Positions 28,411 through 42,382 of a DNA stretch of 64,000 nucleotides are shown here, in pieces. The notes under the pieces were generated by a model. That model was not told the origin of the DNA. It ran no database searches and worked only from the letters and a program-made list of their open reading frames with translations. Each line of letters opens with the position of its first letter. The stretch's first letter is position 1. Source of the stretch: Octopus sinensis (Eukaryota); contig NW_021836131.1 of assembly GCF_006345805.1 (NCBI RefSeq), positions 124,001-188,000 on the forward strand, given 5' to 3'. Made by a program: the position numbers and the translations under genes.

Positions 28411-30880
28411 TCAAAGAAAATAGAGATAACTATTGTAAAAATATTTTGTATTTTGTAATTTTTTTTTTAAATATCTGGATCTGATTCCTGCGGTAACTAT
28501 ATAGATTTTTGAGAAGGTTTTCCAAAAAGAGAAATACGATGCTGTCATCGACATTGTGATAATCTAGTAGAGTTATTTGAAATTTACAAAAGCGGAGAAA
28601 ATGCATATTATATAACCTGTTGGCATCCGAATTTGAAATTATTTAAATTGGGAATTGTCGTAGAGAAATCATTCTGTAATCTTTTTTTGACTTTAATTTG
28701 ACTGTTATAACTGGCTTTCTGCTTGAAACAGAAAAGCTAACTTTATCTACAGAATAAACTTAATTTAAAGTTCAACTGAATTCATATATGTATCGGAACT
28801 AACCTGTCTGCGTACGCAGTCTAGCAGACTGCGAAATCATCTAATCAAGAGTTTCTCAAGTTTTTTAACGCCTGGCCAAATCGACAATTAACCATTCTTT
28901 CCGGACAGCAAAATAAATTAATTGGAAACTTTCATTAATTTTTAACCAATTGGTAACTAATTTGTCATAACACGGAATATAGGAGGCACATGCAACAGTT
29001 GACATAAGTGATCAGTCAATTTATTGCGTTATTTATTTTCATGTGAATCATTTTACTGAAAATTAACTCATATAAATAAGTTTATCCAAACATTGAAGCA
29101 TATTTATAAGCATTTATAAGTATATTCGGATATTTTTTTGGAAGTGAACTATAAATTCCATCATATTTTCAATCTTTACAATTTAAGTAAATTCCACATC
29201 TGATTGAAGGTCTATTAATTCTAATTAGAGTGATGAGGGAGCATTCTTAGGATCTATATTGTATGGCGCTGCAAAAATTTTAATTGAGGTCAAAATTTCA
29301 TCAAAATTCTTAAAGTGAACTTAATTTTAATAAACCTTGGAACGTTTTTCCAATTCAAAAATAAGGTGACTGATAATGGTATTATATTTTTCAAATGAAC
29401 CGTTGACTTTATTTTCGCTCAAAAAGTAAAATGAATCGTATGTTTGAGCATTATTTGATCTTTCCAAAGTTTATATCCAATTGATTATCACTTTTATTGG
29501 GTTTGATTCCTATTTTTCTGATAAATTTGATGCACAGTTATAATGATCTGCTTGTAGTTTCACTGATAAGTCTAGGTTTTCTGTCATTTACTTCTTTCCT
29601 GGTCTTGCAAGTTGGCCACTTGATTGTGTTGATAAAAAGCATCTTCAATAAGTTCAACTACCAATTTCAAAATAGATAATTACAGTGACAATTCTATAAT
29701 TATTGCCAAAATTTAGTCTTTCACAATTTATCGAATCATTGAAAATTGGTTTATCTTTTATTTTGGAAACAATACAATCGATCTGAAATATATCTTTTTC
29801 TACGGGTTCGAAAGTCTAAAACATGTCATAGTTTTTATATAGCGAAGTTAAAATTAATTGTTGCACAGAAATGACCGAAGGCATCGGAGATATTGTGGCA
29901 TAAAACGCTAGTGTTTTTATCAAATTTTGATTTGCAGGTTTGAAATGAATTTTTAGGCAATATACTTAAAGATTTAAATAATTTTAAATAAGATATAATT
30001 TTTTGAATTTTTAATAATATTCTTGTGACGTTCTCAATGAGTGTTAATGCAAAAAGTAAATCTTGTTATATATAAAAGTCTAGAAATTTTAAATGATTTA
30101 ACTGATGAAAAATTTAACAAAGATCAATTTATCGAAGAAGCAATAAAGTCGGGAAAAATTTCTATCTATTTGTCAGACCTGGCAAGCACAATAAATATAA
30201 TCGACAAGGAAATTCACAAAGAAGTAAATAATCCGTCATAAAATTAAAGATACAAAACAACGAATCAGAATTAATAGCACACGCACTAAAACTTGAAAAC
30301 ATTGAAGGTAATAAATATAAAAATATTTTAGACGAGTTGATAACATTAAAAAATTGCTCCGAACTTTAAAATCTTCGTTTTTTCAGTTATTATATTCTGA
30401 CATTTTAGTTCTTACCAAAGAAGTAATGATCTATATGGACTTTTGAGCCATTCAAACCTCGTTCTTCCCGAGCACATGTTGTACTATTTAAAAAATTTTA
30501 GGAATATTGCTCTATTTTACGCAGAATTAACGCACTTGTTACAAATATTGTGATCATTGATGGGTTCATCGCACAATTTCGTTCAGGAGATTCATCCTCT
30601 CTTTTATTCGCAGTTTCCGAATTGTCAAAAACAGGTTGTGTTTTTTTTGATTGAAAAATGATTTAGATGTGCTTTTGGAGGATATAAAATTGGAGAATAT
30701 ATTATTAGTTCTGAACTAAAACAACATTTATCTGATACCCGCGAGTTTATAATACAAAGTGCCCTTGATATCATTACAAATGGCGTTTTGAAAGAGGTTT
30801 GAATCAAGTTTCTATTAAAAAGGACCAATCTTTGGTTCTTTTCGGAACAAAACACTTATGTCAAACTAGGGCATGTTTTA

Positions 30881-31922
30881 TGTCACGGTCCAGTGGTGTG
30901 CCTATGCCGTAGGTGTGCCTCCATCGCAATTTTTTTCATAAAAATTTACTTGGTGGGTTATTTTTATTTGCTAAACCGATTTTTAAAATTTTTTTTCCAA
31001 ATTATCAACTATTTTTTTCCAATCTAGAGTCTTTTGGCATAAAACAACATAGAATGCAATTTTAAAACTAATTTATATTTTTATTATATAGATATTTTTT
31101 TGTAAAATTATAAAATACTATTAATTACTATTTTGTGTGGGCTTCAAGGTTACCCTCTGGAATGCTGAAACTGATTTAATCAAAAATTATCAACGATTCG
31201 GAGAATTCACGGAAGACATAGATCGATCGAAAAGAGTCCGCTATCGTCGGCTTTCAAAAATAATGATTTTTTTTGTTAGGGTTAGGGATAAGGTTAGGGA
31301 TAGGGAAAAGGTAGGGTTAGTGATAAGGTTGGGGTTAGGGATAAGGTTAGGGATAGGGATAAGGTGTGGTTAGGGTTAGGGATAAGGTTGTGGTTAGGGT
31401 TAGGGATAAGGTTGAAGTTAGGTTAGCTTTGGGATAAAGTTGCAATTTTATCATGCGACAAAAGTTGTGAAACAGAATGGCGACAACTATGAAGTTGAGA
31501 ATAATGAGGGGATTTTGGTAAAAAAAAACATTTTCACAATTAAAATAATTATAAAACATTCTTTTGTAATTTTAAATGATTAGGTTTTAGAGTTAATGCA
31601 TCCTTAGGGTTAGAGTTAGGGTCAATCCATCCTTATAAATTTTTTTTAATTAAAAAATTTTTTACTCAATTTTTTATATATATTAGTTATTAAAAACATA
31701 TTTTATAAAATCAGGAAATATATAAATATTTAAATTGTGATACTTTCAGTATTTTTATTGTGCTGTAATCACCGACATTGGAATATTTCCAATAAGTAAC
31801 AAAAAACTAAATAAATAATGATTTAGACTAATCGATAATAGATGCACCGATTTACAAAAAAAACGGAAAAAAATTGCGATGGAGGCACGCCTACGGCATA
31901 GGCACACTCGTGGACCGTGACA
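30881..31922. mobile_element. 1042-bp non-autonomous TIR element (TGTC...GACA termini, about 55-bp TIR, 5-bp TSD TTTTA); Ginger-like
   Basis: Left tgtcacggtcca..gtgtgcctatgccgtagg.gtgcctccatcgcaatttttt is inverted at the right end. tttta flanks both sides (30876-30880 and 31923-31927). The empty site is at 2643-2647. Confidence 0.95.
31275..31439 (+). repeat. Degenerate telomere-like tract (TTAGGG mixed with GATAAG) inside the MITE
   Basis: gttagggttagggataaggttagggatagggaaaag... with a smaller echo near 31604-31623. Confidence 0.9.
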
Positions 31923-34564
31923 TTTTACCTTCTTTTATACAAGAATTATTCACAAAGTTTCAACTAATACATCATTTTTGGTTGAAAATCCAGAAAAAGG
32001 TTTTTAATTTGTTTTAATAGTAAAGTAAATCGGAATAATTGTTTAATTGAATTTGAAAAAATATTCAAAGAAGCTTTGACTGTCTGGAAAATTGTTTTTT
32101 GTTAACAAAATATATTTTAGGCTGATTTACTTGAGAAATGCTTAATTTTATACTTTGAGAGCATTTCGGGTGATTCCTTGACATATTTTAAAGTTTCATG
32201 TTACGTAAAATATTTGTCAGGCTGTTGAGGTCCTGCAATCTTATGATCTGAGTCTCAAGTTTAAAGTTGTACAAAAACTTGTGCGTAGATTTGTCCCTGA
32301 TTTTAAAAAAGGCTTTTAAAGGTCGTTTTTATTAAATATTTTAAAAGATCCACTTTTAAAGGATTACATTGAGAAACAATATGCAATGATCCATAAATGC
32401 ATATTTGAGTTTGTTGAAAAAACTTTGATTCATATGAATTGTAATAATTTGGCAAAAATGAAATCGACAAAAGAAATTGGTTTTTCATTAGTTATTAAAG
32501 AAAATGAATTTAAGGAGTCGTTTTTATTATCGATGTATTTTCTGTATATTTAAAACATTATAGGTTGGAAGAACCGGTCTTTGGTGTTTTCAAATTAGTA
32601 GAGGGGTCATATTTATCAAGAAATTTAAAAAATTGAATAATTTTATAAATACTACGTTTATTGACAAACGTTTTGGTTCATGTTATACTACTGATGATAT
32701 CAACAGCATTTTTGGGGAATTAAAAAAGTAATTTTTGCTTTTTTGCTGATTTTATATTTATAAAATAAATTAAATATAGACAAATAAGAGATTGCAAAAA
32801 TGAGTATTTGGGGTCGACCAGGTTGTCTAAGCTCATTGCAGAAAACGTAATATCCAAAAATATGAATATCATTCGTTCTAAAATGGATAAATATGTTTAT
32901 ATATTAATTTATTTTAAAGTGTATTGATATGATTGGTGATGTTTCTTCGCCTCGGTCCTCAAAATTACAGAATCTACATATAGCCACTCTAAACTTTGTT
33001 TATGATTTACACTGTCTTATAAATAAGGTCAGATTTTCATTCGGATTATTTTATCTTTAGACTATTGAAAGTTTTAAAGATGATATTTCGAGTGAGGTTA
33101 TCTCGATTATACTAGCCGCTAATAAAGTATTATAATATTTATTATTTAGACACTGTATTTACACGTTGAAGAGGAGATAAGTATTTTAATGTCAATTTTT
33201 GCCAGTAAAGTAAGAATTATATTTATGGGAATGAAATTGTCTAATTATTCGAGGTTTTTGATTTGTTCTGAACTGTTTTTTAGTTTTAATGGAAAAATTG
33301 ATCCCGTCGTTCAGAAATCAGGTTTTATAAATCAACTAGAGGACTATTTTGAAGAAACTATTTCAGGAACACTTTCAATGTATAAATGTGGGCAAATTAT
33401 AAGCAAACAGTATAAATTATATATTTTTTATTTTAGACTTGAATTTTTTATTTCCTCCTTAGTAGACTTGTTTATTTGGAAAATAACCATGTGTTCTCGT
33501 CCTATCCAATCTTTCGGATTGCAAAAAATTCAAATAGATTTTTCTCGATTAGAATTGATCTTAAACTTGCTCATTTTGAATTTTAGTATCAGCACGTGTT
33601 CAAAAATGAAGGAATTTAATCTTTTTCGGTTTTATTTGTATTTTTAGAGTTATTAAGTTTGATTACAAATCAAATCGTCGAGGAAACAGTAATTAAAGTG
33701 GATTTTGATGGGATTGATGTTGAAAGTGCTAAAATAATTTCTTATCTGATTACATTTGGTCCAGAAGAAATGAATACTCCCTATAAAGTAATAATTATAT
33801 TTGTAAACAATAGATATCGATGATGAATGCTGAAGATTATTTAAATTTTGTGCAAATTAATTCGAATATGGAACATGTTCGTGGTTTGGTCAGGTTTTCG
33901 TGTCTATTGACGTTAAAGGATGTGCCTTGAAGATTATGTTCGCTACGTTCATCAACAAAATCTCAAAGAATATCATTTTATCTATCCTTCAATTAATAAT
34001 TTATTTCCTGAATTTCTTTAAAAATTATTTAATATTAAAATATTTTTTCAATTTTATTTTTAATTTTACTAGAGTTTGGTTTGGAGCTCTTACGAATACA
34101 CTTCACTCTTCAAAGAAGAACTTTTTTTAATGAGTTTTTTCTTGTTTGCTTGTTTCCAAGACCAATACTAAGGATAAAATACGTAATAAGAATTGTCTGG
34201 ATTATTTAATTATTTTTCAAATTTCGAAATATTGCTATTCTATTCAATGCCTTCCTACGTTTTTTAAAATATGAAATATAAAATTATGAATCTTCGACAT
34301 ATTTCTAAATTTATTATAGACCATAAAGAATATTTTTTTGAATCTTGATTTTATCGTGAAACAAATTTTGAAATATTGCCATTCTATTCAATGTCTTTCT
34401 ACGTTTTTTAATTATAACAACCAATTTAGATTGGGTTTATTTTTTGATGAAAATGGTTAACAGCTATCAATGCATAGAAATATAATAAGTTAGTCTTGTA
34501 TTTTATATAACTAAAAAATTTGAAAAATCTCATTTAAGAACAAAAGTAGATCAGTTTAAACGTT

Positions 34565-36859
34565 TTATTTTGAAATTTCGGTTTTTTCAGCGTATTTTTC
34601 TGGTTTTATAATTTTTATTTTACCATCGGGGTCGATTCTCTTCTATTTATTATTAATATTTAAAATAACTTACTTTTACATTATCACAGTTAATTTCAGT
34701 ACGGCCGCTAGGAAAATGAACAATTCTTGTACCCCCAGAGAGATCCCGAATAAAAGTATCATCATTTTGTATCATTATCTGTTTTCTGTCTTTATATATA
34801 AATTTAGAGCTTCTATCAGGAAATAATATGTCTGTTTCTCTATCTTTCCATCTTCGTTCTACTTGTCCACTTTGAACATTTGTATAGTGAGGCATTACTT
34901 TGCAAATGAGGTTATCTCCACACCACTTGGCAAAGTAATTTGAATTGATCCTGTTTCGGAGTAATAATAAACCTTCAGAATAGATATAAATTGTGATATT
35001 AACCACTTGTTTGTCTTTAAATTTGTGCTTTTCATCGCCATTAAAATAATGAATTGAATATGAGCTCCCATCGGCTTTGATAATTTTTTTAGTTCCGTTA
35101 GAAAAAGTGATTGCGTTAGATTTCGTTAGAAGCTGGTTGGAAGTGTGATCAATGGATTTATTTGCTTTATCACATAATTCAGTTTGTTTAATTGTATTCT
35201 TTTCTTGTGTTAAATCTAAAAATAAAGTAAAAAATTTACCTTTTTGATAGCGAAATCTTTCACAAATTTTTATTTCCTGTTTCAGTTCGTCATTTTGTTG
35301 CTCTAGAAAATCAATTCTGTCTTTTAGTCTTATCAAGCTAAAATTCCATCTTTTTTCTTTCGTTTTATAAATGTTTTGATTTTCTTCAATCTTTTAAATC
35401 TTAATTTAATTAAATACTTGGTGTTCAAGGTCTTCAATTTTTTGACGTTCTGATCTAATTGGGGTGTCTCGCTGTGTTTTAATCCAAGAATCAAATTGTT
35501 TTCTTTCCTTTCTATTTGAAATAATATTATTTTGTGAATACTTGATTTTATTCATTTCAGTTTCTTTGTAATTTTTTAATCGAAGCAACTCTGCGTCTCT
35601 CTCTTTTTCAAACATTGCGATTTCCCGTTTTAAACGACTCAGCTCCTGTTAAATAAACAATTTGTTCCACAAACTTGCTGTTTACTTCTTTTAATTAATT
35701 GAAGTTCGTCATTTGTCTTATTTAGTTTTTGCTGCTCGGTTTCCAGCAGTTCCATTTGTTCGATTAATTTTGTATCGTTTGCAACTATTTTTTTGGATTC
35801 AGGCTTATCATGCCGATGTTTTATAGATTTTTCGTCGTCGTCAATTTGTGGAAAAAAACGTTTCACAATAGCGGAAGAAGATTTCAGCTTCTGAATTTTT
35901 CTCATATCAGTCAGCGTAGTATCCTGATCACTTTGGCTTTCCAAACTGTTGCAATCGCTTGATGGCTCTTCGTTCTTTATTGAAACTGCCTTTTTGTGAT
36001 CACTGTAGTTCGAACTATTGTAATTTTTGACTGATATTTCTCTAGAAATCTAAAAAAATCAAATTAGATACAAATAACTCTGTCTTGAGTCATTTTATGA
36101 ATTTTTGAAGCTACGGATGGAGTCAATGATACGAATGATACACTATCCAATATATCTTCCATTGCTTCAAATTCTTTTAGATCCTTATATTAAAAATATA
36201 ATATTTACTTTTTGTATTTCATCTTTATCAGTTTCTGAAAACAAATTTAGAAATTTATTATATCAACCGTTAATACTCGAGATTTCATTTTTGGATTCGG
36301 TAAAATTATTAGAAGAACATGTTGAGTAATCACTTTTAGACGAAGGTTTTTTAATTTTGATGGGAGAGCTCTTTTTTCCCTCAAATCGTTTGAGACCTTC
36401 GCCTTTTTTTAGAAATGGATATTTTTTGGTTTTTGGAAATTGTTCTTGTTTATTTTGTTCTTTCTTTATTATTTAAAATTTTAATAAATAACTTTCAGTT
36501 CTTGTTCAATCATCTCTTCGAATGTTTTTGACGAGCCTTAAGAATTGAATCATGTTAGTTTTTACCAACTGCAATGTCGTCTATTTTGTTTTCTACGTTA
36601 GAATTGTCTACGATAATTTCTGATTTTTTGACTCCAGACGAGTCATCACTATGACTTAAATCTTCCTGGGTAATAATTTCTTAAATTTTCTAAATAAATA
36701 TAAACCTTTAAAAAAGTATTTTTGTCGGACATTTTGTAAAATATTTAATTGGTTTTTTTGTTCTGAAATAAGATCTTGTTCTACAATGTTGTCTTTTCCC
36801 ATTTGTTTCATATGATTGAATAAATTTGATTTATTCTCAGTTTCCATTCTATCATTCAT
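34565..36859 (-). CDS. CENPJ: Centriole assembly protein CENPJ/SAS-4 (CPAP), apparently full-length
   Basis: The ATG at 36859 (MNDRMETENK) is followed by a coiled coil (ELSRLKREIAMFEKERDAELLRLK) and the TCP10_C G-box, ending KRIDPDGKIKIIK. Micro-introns include 36680-36705. Confidence 0.85.
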
Positions 36860-37906
36860 AAATAATTTTGAATAAACAAGTTTTCAATTATAGATTTATT
36901 TACAATAGTTTTTTTATTATAATAATAAGTAAACCAATCGCGATTTGTTTCCTTAGAAATTTCCAAAATTCAAATAAAAACTATTAATTTAAAATTAATT
37001 AAAAAAATATTAAAATTTTTTTGTAAATGTAAGATTAGTCGAACAGTAAAAATATTCTCTTGCACAAATGTCTTTCTCAAGCTTGGTATCCGGCAGCTCA
37101 TTGGCACCCTAAACGTTAGAAGACTTAATCCAATGTACAGAAAACTTAAACTCGTAAGAGATCTAGAAAAACAACAGGTGTTTATCTGTTGCTGGAAGTG
37201 ACAAAAATAACGAAACACGGGTCTTTGAGACAAATATTCCCGTTCTTGAACATAATTATTAGAATGCAAAAAAAAGTACGTCCTATTTTTAAACGATCTG
37301 GAGTTTTCGAAATTTAGATTTAGGTGGAATTATTTTTATCAAACATTTTATGTCCATATATTATAGAATCTCGTTATCTCGTAGGTGAATTTCCATTCTT
37401 GGTAAATGCGTTTGTCGAGTGAGGTATATTTGATAACCGTATTTGTATTCTACGATCAGACCCAGTGTTCCAGTGTGTTTCTGGAGATTTTCCCATTCAT
37501 TTTTAAATCCTTTTGATTAAGTTCCGCACATAAGTTCCCCGAATGCAAAACATTCCAAAGAGATAAATGTTTTGGTATCAAGAACGTCAGTATACTTCTT
37601 GATTCTAATTTTTCCTACTTTTAAAAAGTTATGAGTTCAGAATAAAATGATTGCAGGTTCATGGTCAAATAAGTATTTGTGGGCTTTGTGTCCAGATCTA
37701 ATAGTTCCTCTTCTCTAATGCAAAACTAGTCATCTTGTTAGGCCTCGTTTTGTGATTAGTGATGGACTGTTTGAAGGAACCAGCGAATTATCTCGTTAAC
37801 AAATTATTTTCTTAACGATTTTTATTGAATTTAATAATATTAAATTTTATTTAATTTGTTGAATTTAATTTTAAATGTGTTACTAGTCACTTTTAAAAAA
37901 ATAAAA

Positions 37907-38587
37907 ATGGACCATGTTAAACTGATAATAATTTTAAGTGGAAAAAGAAAATCTGGAAAGGACTACATTGCATCATTGTTAGAGCAAAGGTAAACAAAAA
38001 TAAACTTAAAATTTAGATTTCCAACAAAAATTGCAATAATGAGATTATCTGGCCCATTAAAAAAAGAATATGCAAAAGTAAAAACTTTTACCATTTTAAA
38101 ATAGATTCACAATCTTAATTTTTCAGAATTATTGACTTGTTCGGAGTATAAAGAAAACTACAGAAAGGCCATGATCAGCTGGGGCGAAAATAAAAGAATG
38201 ACTGACCCGGGATATTTTGCCCGACAATTATTTAACTGTTTGACTTAAAAAATCTCATTTCCATAGATCCACAATCTTGTTGTTTTGTTTGGGTTATTTG
38301 CGATTCGCGTAGGAAATCAGATATTGAGTTTTTTGATAAATATTTTGGTAAAATGAAAACTAAAAAAATCCGTATTGAAGCTTCTTTAATCACCCGTCGT
38401 CTTCGTGGATGGAATTTTGTCGCAGGTAAATTAATAAAAAACATTTTTTGGTGTCGATGATTCAGAATCTGAGTGTGGATTGGACGAAGGTGTAGATTGG
38501 GACTTTGTGATTTCAAATGATACCGAAAGTCCTGACATTGATTCTTTAGTAAGATTAATACAATCTCATTTAATAATAAATGATTAA
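37907..38587 (+). CDS. PMVK: Phosphomevalonate kinase, animal type
   Basis: IILSGKRKSGKDY, RLSGPLKKEYA, YKENYRKAMISWGE, VICDSRRKSDIEFF and GVDDSESECGLD. Introns at 37990-38016, 38078-38104, 38238-38266 and 38426-38450 (the last GT..TG). Confidence 0.95.
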
Positions 38588-38734
38588 TTTAAATTTAATT
38601 AATCATAATTTTATGATTACTTTAATCTCATTTCAATGGTGACCCTCCAACGGAATAGCGACTAATGAAATCCCCGTTATCTTAACAATAATAAAAACAC
38701 AAAAAAAGAGTCAGAAAAATTAATTTAAGTAAAA

Positions 38735-39189
38735 TTAGTTTTTAGTTGAGCTAGTTGAATAATAATAACGAAGTCCACAATACCCACAAACACATTCCTT
38801 ACCAGAATCCTTAAGTAGACATTATTTAAAAATCTAAACAAGGTTAATGAAGATCCTCGGATGGCCTAAAGACCCACCGCCTCCATCACAGCTGACAACT
38901 CGACTCTGACAATAAATTGTAGGGACTTGTGATATCATTTCAGAGGCTGGATTTTTATTTACCTTGGCAATTATATTTAATAGTAATAAACTAATTTAGT
39001 TCTGTTTACAAATCTTGACATTCTGTAGTCTTTGGTTCCGTATTGCTGTAATAAAATATTCATTTATACCTGCCCGGTATGTGTTATTACGTCAGGAGGG
39101 TAAACTTCTACACGACTAAGAGATTTTATTGGTTCTACCAATCCTAAATGGTATCGAATTAAGTCATAAATCCTTTTCTTTAAATTCAT
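38735..39189 (-). CDS. NDUFS6: NADH:ubiquinone oxidoreductase subunit S6 (zf-CHCC)
   Basis: Spliced with 24-, 29- and 30-nt introns: ITHTGQQYGTKDYRMSRFVNRTKLVNKNPASEMISQVP...[35 protein letters not shown]. Absent from the ORF track. Confidence 0.95.
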
Positions 39190-39729
39190 GATGTCAACAA
39201 CAAAGAACGATTATGATAATTTAAATAAATTAATATTTTTGAATAAATAAATTAATTTATTTATATTCAACTGAAGAGAATCTGTTAACTATAAATCGCT
39301 CAGCTTTGCAACCTGCTTTTGGTGGTTCTCGATATGTAAATATTGTGTTTGATGTGAGTATTTTATGCTTATAAAAGTCACAAATATCTAAGCATTTTAT
39401 TTTTCAAAACATCTTTACTAAACTTATTCATTACTGTTATTGCAATAATTTTCCTACGACATCCATTTAGATATGGAAATGCTAAATATATGATGTGAAC
39501 ACCTACTTTCCCAATTAATAGTATATTTTATCATAAGCTTGAAAACTCGTAACATAAAATCTCTGCTTTATATACTTGGCAAACAACGTTAGGAAGAAGA
39601 CTTGATTTAAAAATATTTTTTAATAGTTTTGACTTATTTTTTAAAAATTGAATTGTTTTTATTGTTAAGAAAAACCAAAAAATTAACAAAGAAGAATCAT
39701 TTTCCTCTGTTTTTCAAAGAAGATCAATT

Positions 39730-40120
39730 TTGTAAAAGCCTTCCTTTGGAACTGTGGGAGAACTTATCCGCCAGGGGTAGAGACCCTTTACAAGCAGTAT
39801 ATCGAGCCAACAATAGGCTATGCATGTGCTGCTTGGGGCTGTAACCTGGCGGCAACGAATCGGCTAAAAATCGAAAAAATTCAAGAAAGATCTATCAACC
39901 TACTGAAGGACCATACCGATAGGGAAATTGTCCATAGAACACTGGAGTCTCTCGTAGAGGCAAATGGGGGGATCGTGGAAATGGACCACAAACCATTCAC
40001 CGTACATACAGAAAGTGTGTGGGGTCACGGTCGGAACATCGTAAAAAGATGGCTCGACTGTTGAGAAGTGTCGGAATCACCTGAACGTGATAGTTAATAG
40101 TTAAGACGGTGATTTTGTTT
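39730..40120 (+). mobile_element. LINE 3' fragment (CR1/Jockey/L2-like)
   Basis: LYKQYIEPTIGYACAAW...KIEKIQERS matches the LY...RP.LEYA...W......LE.IQ LINE motif. Confidence 0.65.
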
Positions 40121-40649
40121 GGTTTAAATAATAATAATTAACGAGGAGATAAAAACAAGACATCGTAGACATCCATGTTAACCCAAATTATAATTGCCCA
40201 ATACAACTTTTCTCCAGGACCATCTGGATGTTGTTGGGCACAGATGATTCTTGTGAGCCTTCTAGCCTTCCGTCAAGTTGTATTTCATATTAAAATAATC
40301 GGCGTGATATCCAAGTCTTATTGCAACAAATCTTTAACGGAATTATAATGTACATATTCCTAAAAATATACCTTTTGATTTCAAAAAAAGCTAGAAATAT
40401 TTGTGAAAAATATCCCAAAGAATTTTTAATTACATCGAATGGTATACTTTTTTTAATTATGTGAGTTGCCCGTAACTTGCAAAAACAATTCTTTGTGAAC
40501 AAACACAGAGAAACAGAAAAGCACTTTTCACTAAAAAATTATATATTCAAAAATTCAAGACAACTGAATAATCTTGTTCCAACTTATTGTTTCAAAAATT
40601 TTGTCACGTGTCAAAAATTCAATCCACACATGTCACGTCCCAAACAAGA

Positions 40650-41290
40650 GACCTACCTTCCCTGAATGAGAATGTAATCATCTCGTCGGACGTACATTCT
40701 TTGTTTATTGAAAGACGAATTTGTTAATTGTCTAGTTGGAACGTTGAAAAATCCGCAAAAATCTTACCTAATAAATTGTAGAAACGAAATCTTTTATCAT
40801 GAGTTAAATTATTGATGACACTATTCGGAAAATTAATGTTAAAAGAAACAATTTTTCTCCTCTTATTACCGATACTGCTCCATATATTATTTCTGCTGGA
40901 AGTACTCTCAAATTATTATATTCTAATCTATACAATATCACATGTTTTGCTCATTTAGTGCATTGTGCACTTAAAAAACGTACATTATTTAGAAGTCAAT
41001 AAATCGATTGCTTATGTCAAAGCATTTGATTTAAATAACAATTATCAAAGACAATGATCTAAAGAAATTAGATACCCGCCCGAACCAATAGTTACGAGAT
41101 GGGGGAGCTGGCTTAAAGCTGTTTCTTACTATTCTACAAACCTGTGAAATTTTATTTAAGCATACATTTCCTTAGAAGAAAATTCTTTGCTTATTAAAAG
41201 AGCGAAAGAATGTTTAATTAATTAATAATTTCCCAAAGGTCTACCCGCAATAATATCACAATATTCATTTTTTACAGTTTCTTGATGATT
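40650..41290 (+). mobile_element. Degenerate hAT-like (DUF659-type) transposase
   Basis: LITDTAPYIISAGSTLKLLYSNLYNITCFAHLVH and YPPEPIVTRWGSWL. Confidence 0.7.
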
Positions 41291-41319
41291 CGAATCCATC
41301 AATTATACTATAAATTTAA

Positions 41320-41660
41320 AAAAATTGAAAAATTGATTACTGATCACTCTCATTCGTGCGAAACCAGCCCTTGTAGCATATGTGAGAACTGGCTGTAGAC
41401 ACGTTCTGTATACGTAGATGTACGTTTCCGGATACAGATGGAACCTGGTTAAGCTTTTAAGAATCCTCACACTTCTCTTCCTCTGATTTGCTACGTGGTC
41501 GAAATACTCCCAAGTAGTTGACAATTATTCCCAAGTAGTGTAAATTCAAGCTGTTGAAGAGATCCATAGCATAACCACTCATTTCATAAGCGTACGACGC
41601 CACACAACGACTCTTTCTCTGCATCCATGAAATGGTGCTTTTCTCAGATGCTAGGGTCAA
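41320..41660 (-). mobile_element. LINE 3' fragment
   Basis: HYLGIIV and YIYVYRTCLQPVLTYA in different frames. Confidence 0.55.
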
Positions 41661-42382
41661 GCCCTTGTATTTTTTAAAGTTTAGAACCTAAATGATAAGA
41701 TCAAAAATCGTTATATTCCTAATTTATTATATCATCCCCCTAGCCTAGCGACTAGCATGGTTCCCTGGTGACCTACACACTCGACAGAGTTACCTTCTGT
41801 CTTGACATTTAATTACAAACGTAAATAATTCATTATAAGGAAGGGCTCAACGTTATGCTAATTAAAAATGGTTTCTCCCAAAAGATGTTATTTTAGTTTC
41901 AATCCTTAGGTTACATAAAAATTATACTAAATAACAAAATATTTTAATGTAATACTTAAAAACTAACAACTAAATCTAAAAATACAAACTTATGAAAAAG
42001 ATAAATTTATAATAATTGATGATCGGTATATTTACCATTTCTAACTCGCAGTCTTCATCTAAAGAACAAGAATAACCAAAAACACAAATTGGTTATCTTC
42101 TTCCACAGAGATAAAGACTTGGTATTTGATATTCACCAAAAATACCACTAAGAATAAAAAAGCTTTATAATAAGAAGAGTGAATTCCATTTTATTTTGAA
42201 CCGCCCAATTATTGAACAGATTATAAGACTGCAAAATTTGTAAAGTTGCCAGAGCATTTAAAGTATTTTATAATAAATATTCTTAAGGATCCGATTTTAA
42301 TTATTATATAACTGCAAAAATTCCAATAAAAGATTTCAGGGGGATCTTATTGATGTTAACAAATAGATATGATTGGATATTG

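Larger units (their letters stand above)
30037..34021 (+). pseudogene. COG5: COG5 duplicate disrupted by an exonic MITE and several 1-nt indels
   Basis: Copy of 1799-4737. The MITE sits in the exon KLGHV(L)PSFIQ, and 1-nt losses occur near 30361, 30465 and 30710. Confidence 0.75.
28243..36681 (+). repeat. Segmental duplication copy A' (partner 1-7399)
   Basis: Colinear near-identity with 1-7399, plus the MITE at 30881-31922. Confidence 0.97.

Noticed and set aside
31275-31439. True telomere or chromosome end
   Set aside because: The tract is short, degenerate and enclosed by the TIRs and TSD of a MITE. ORFs 31137-31373 and 31347-31559 are artefacts of the repeat.
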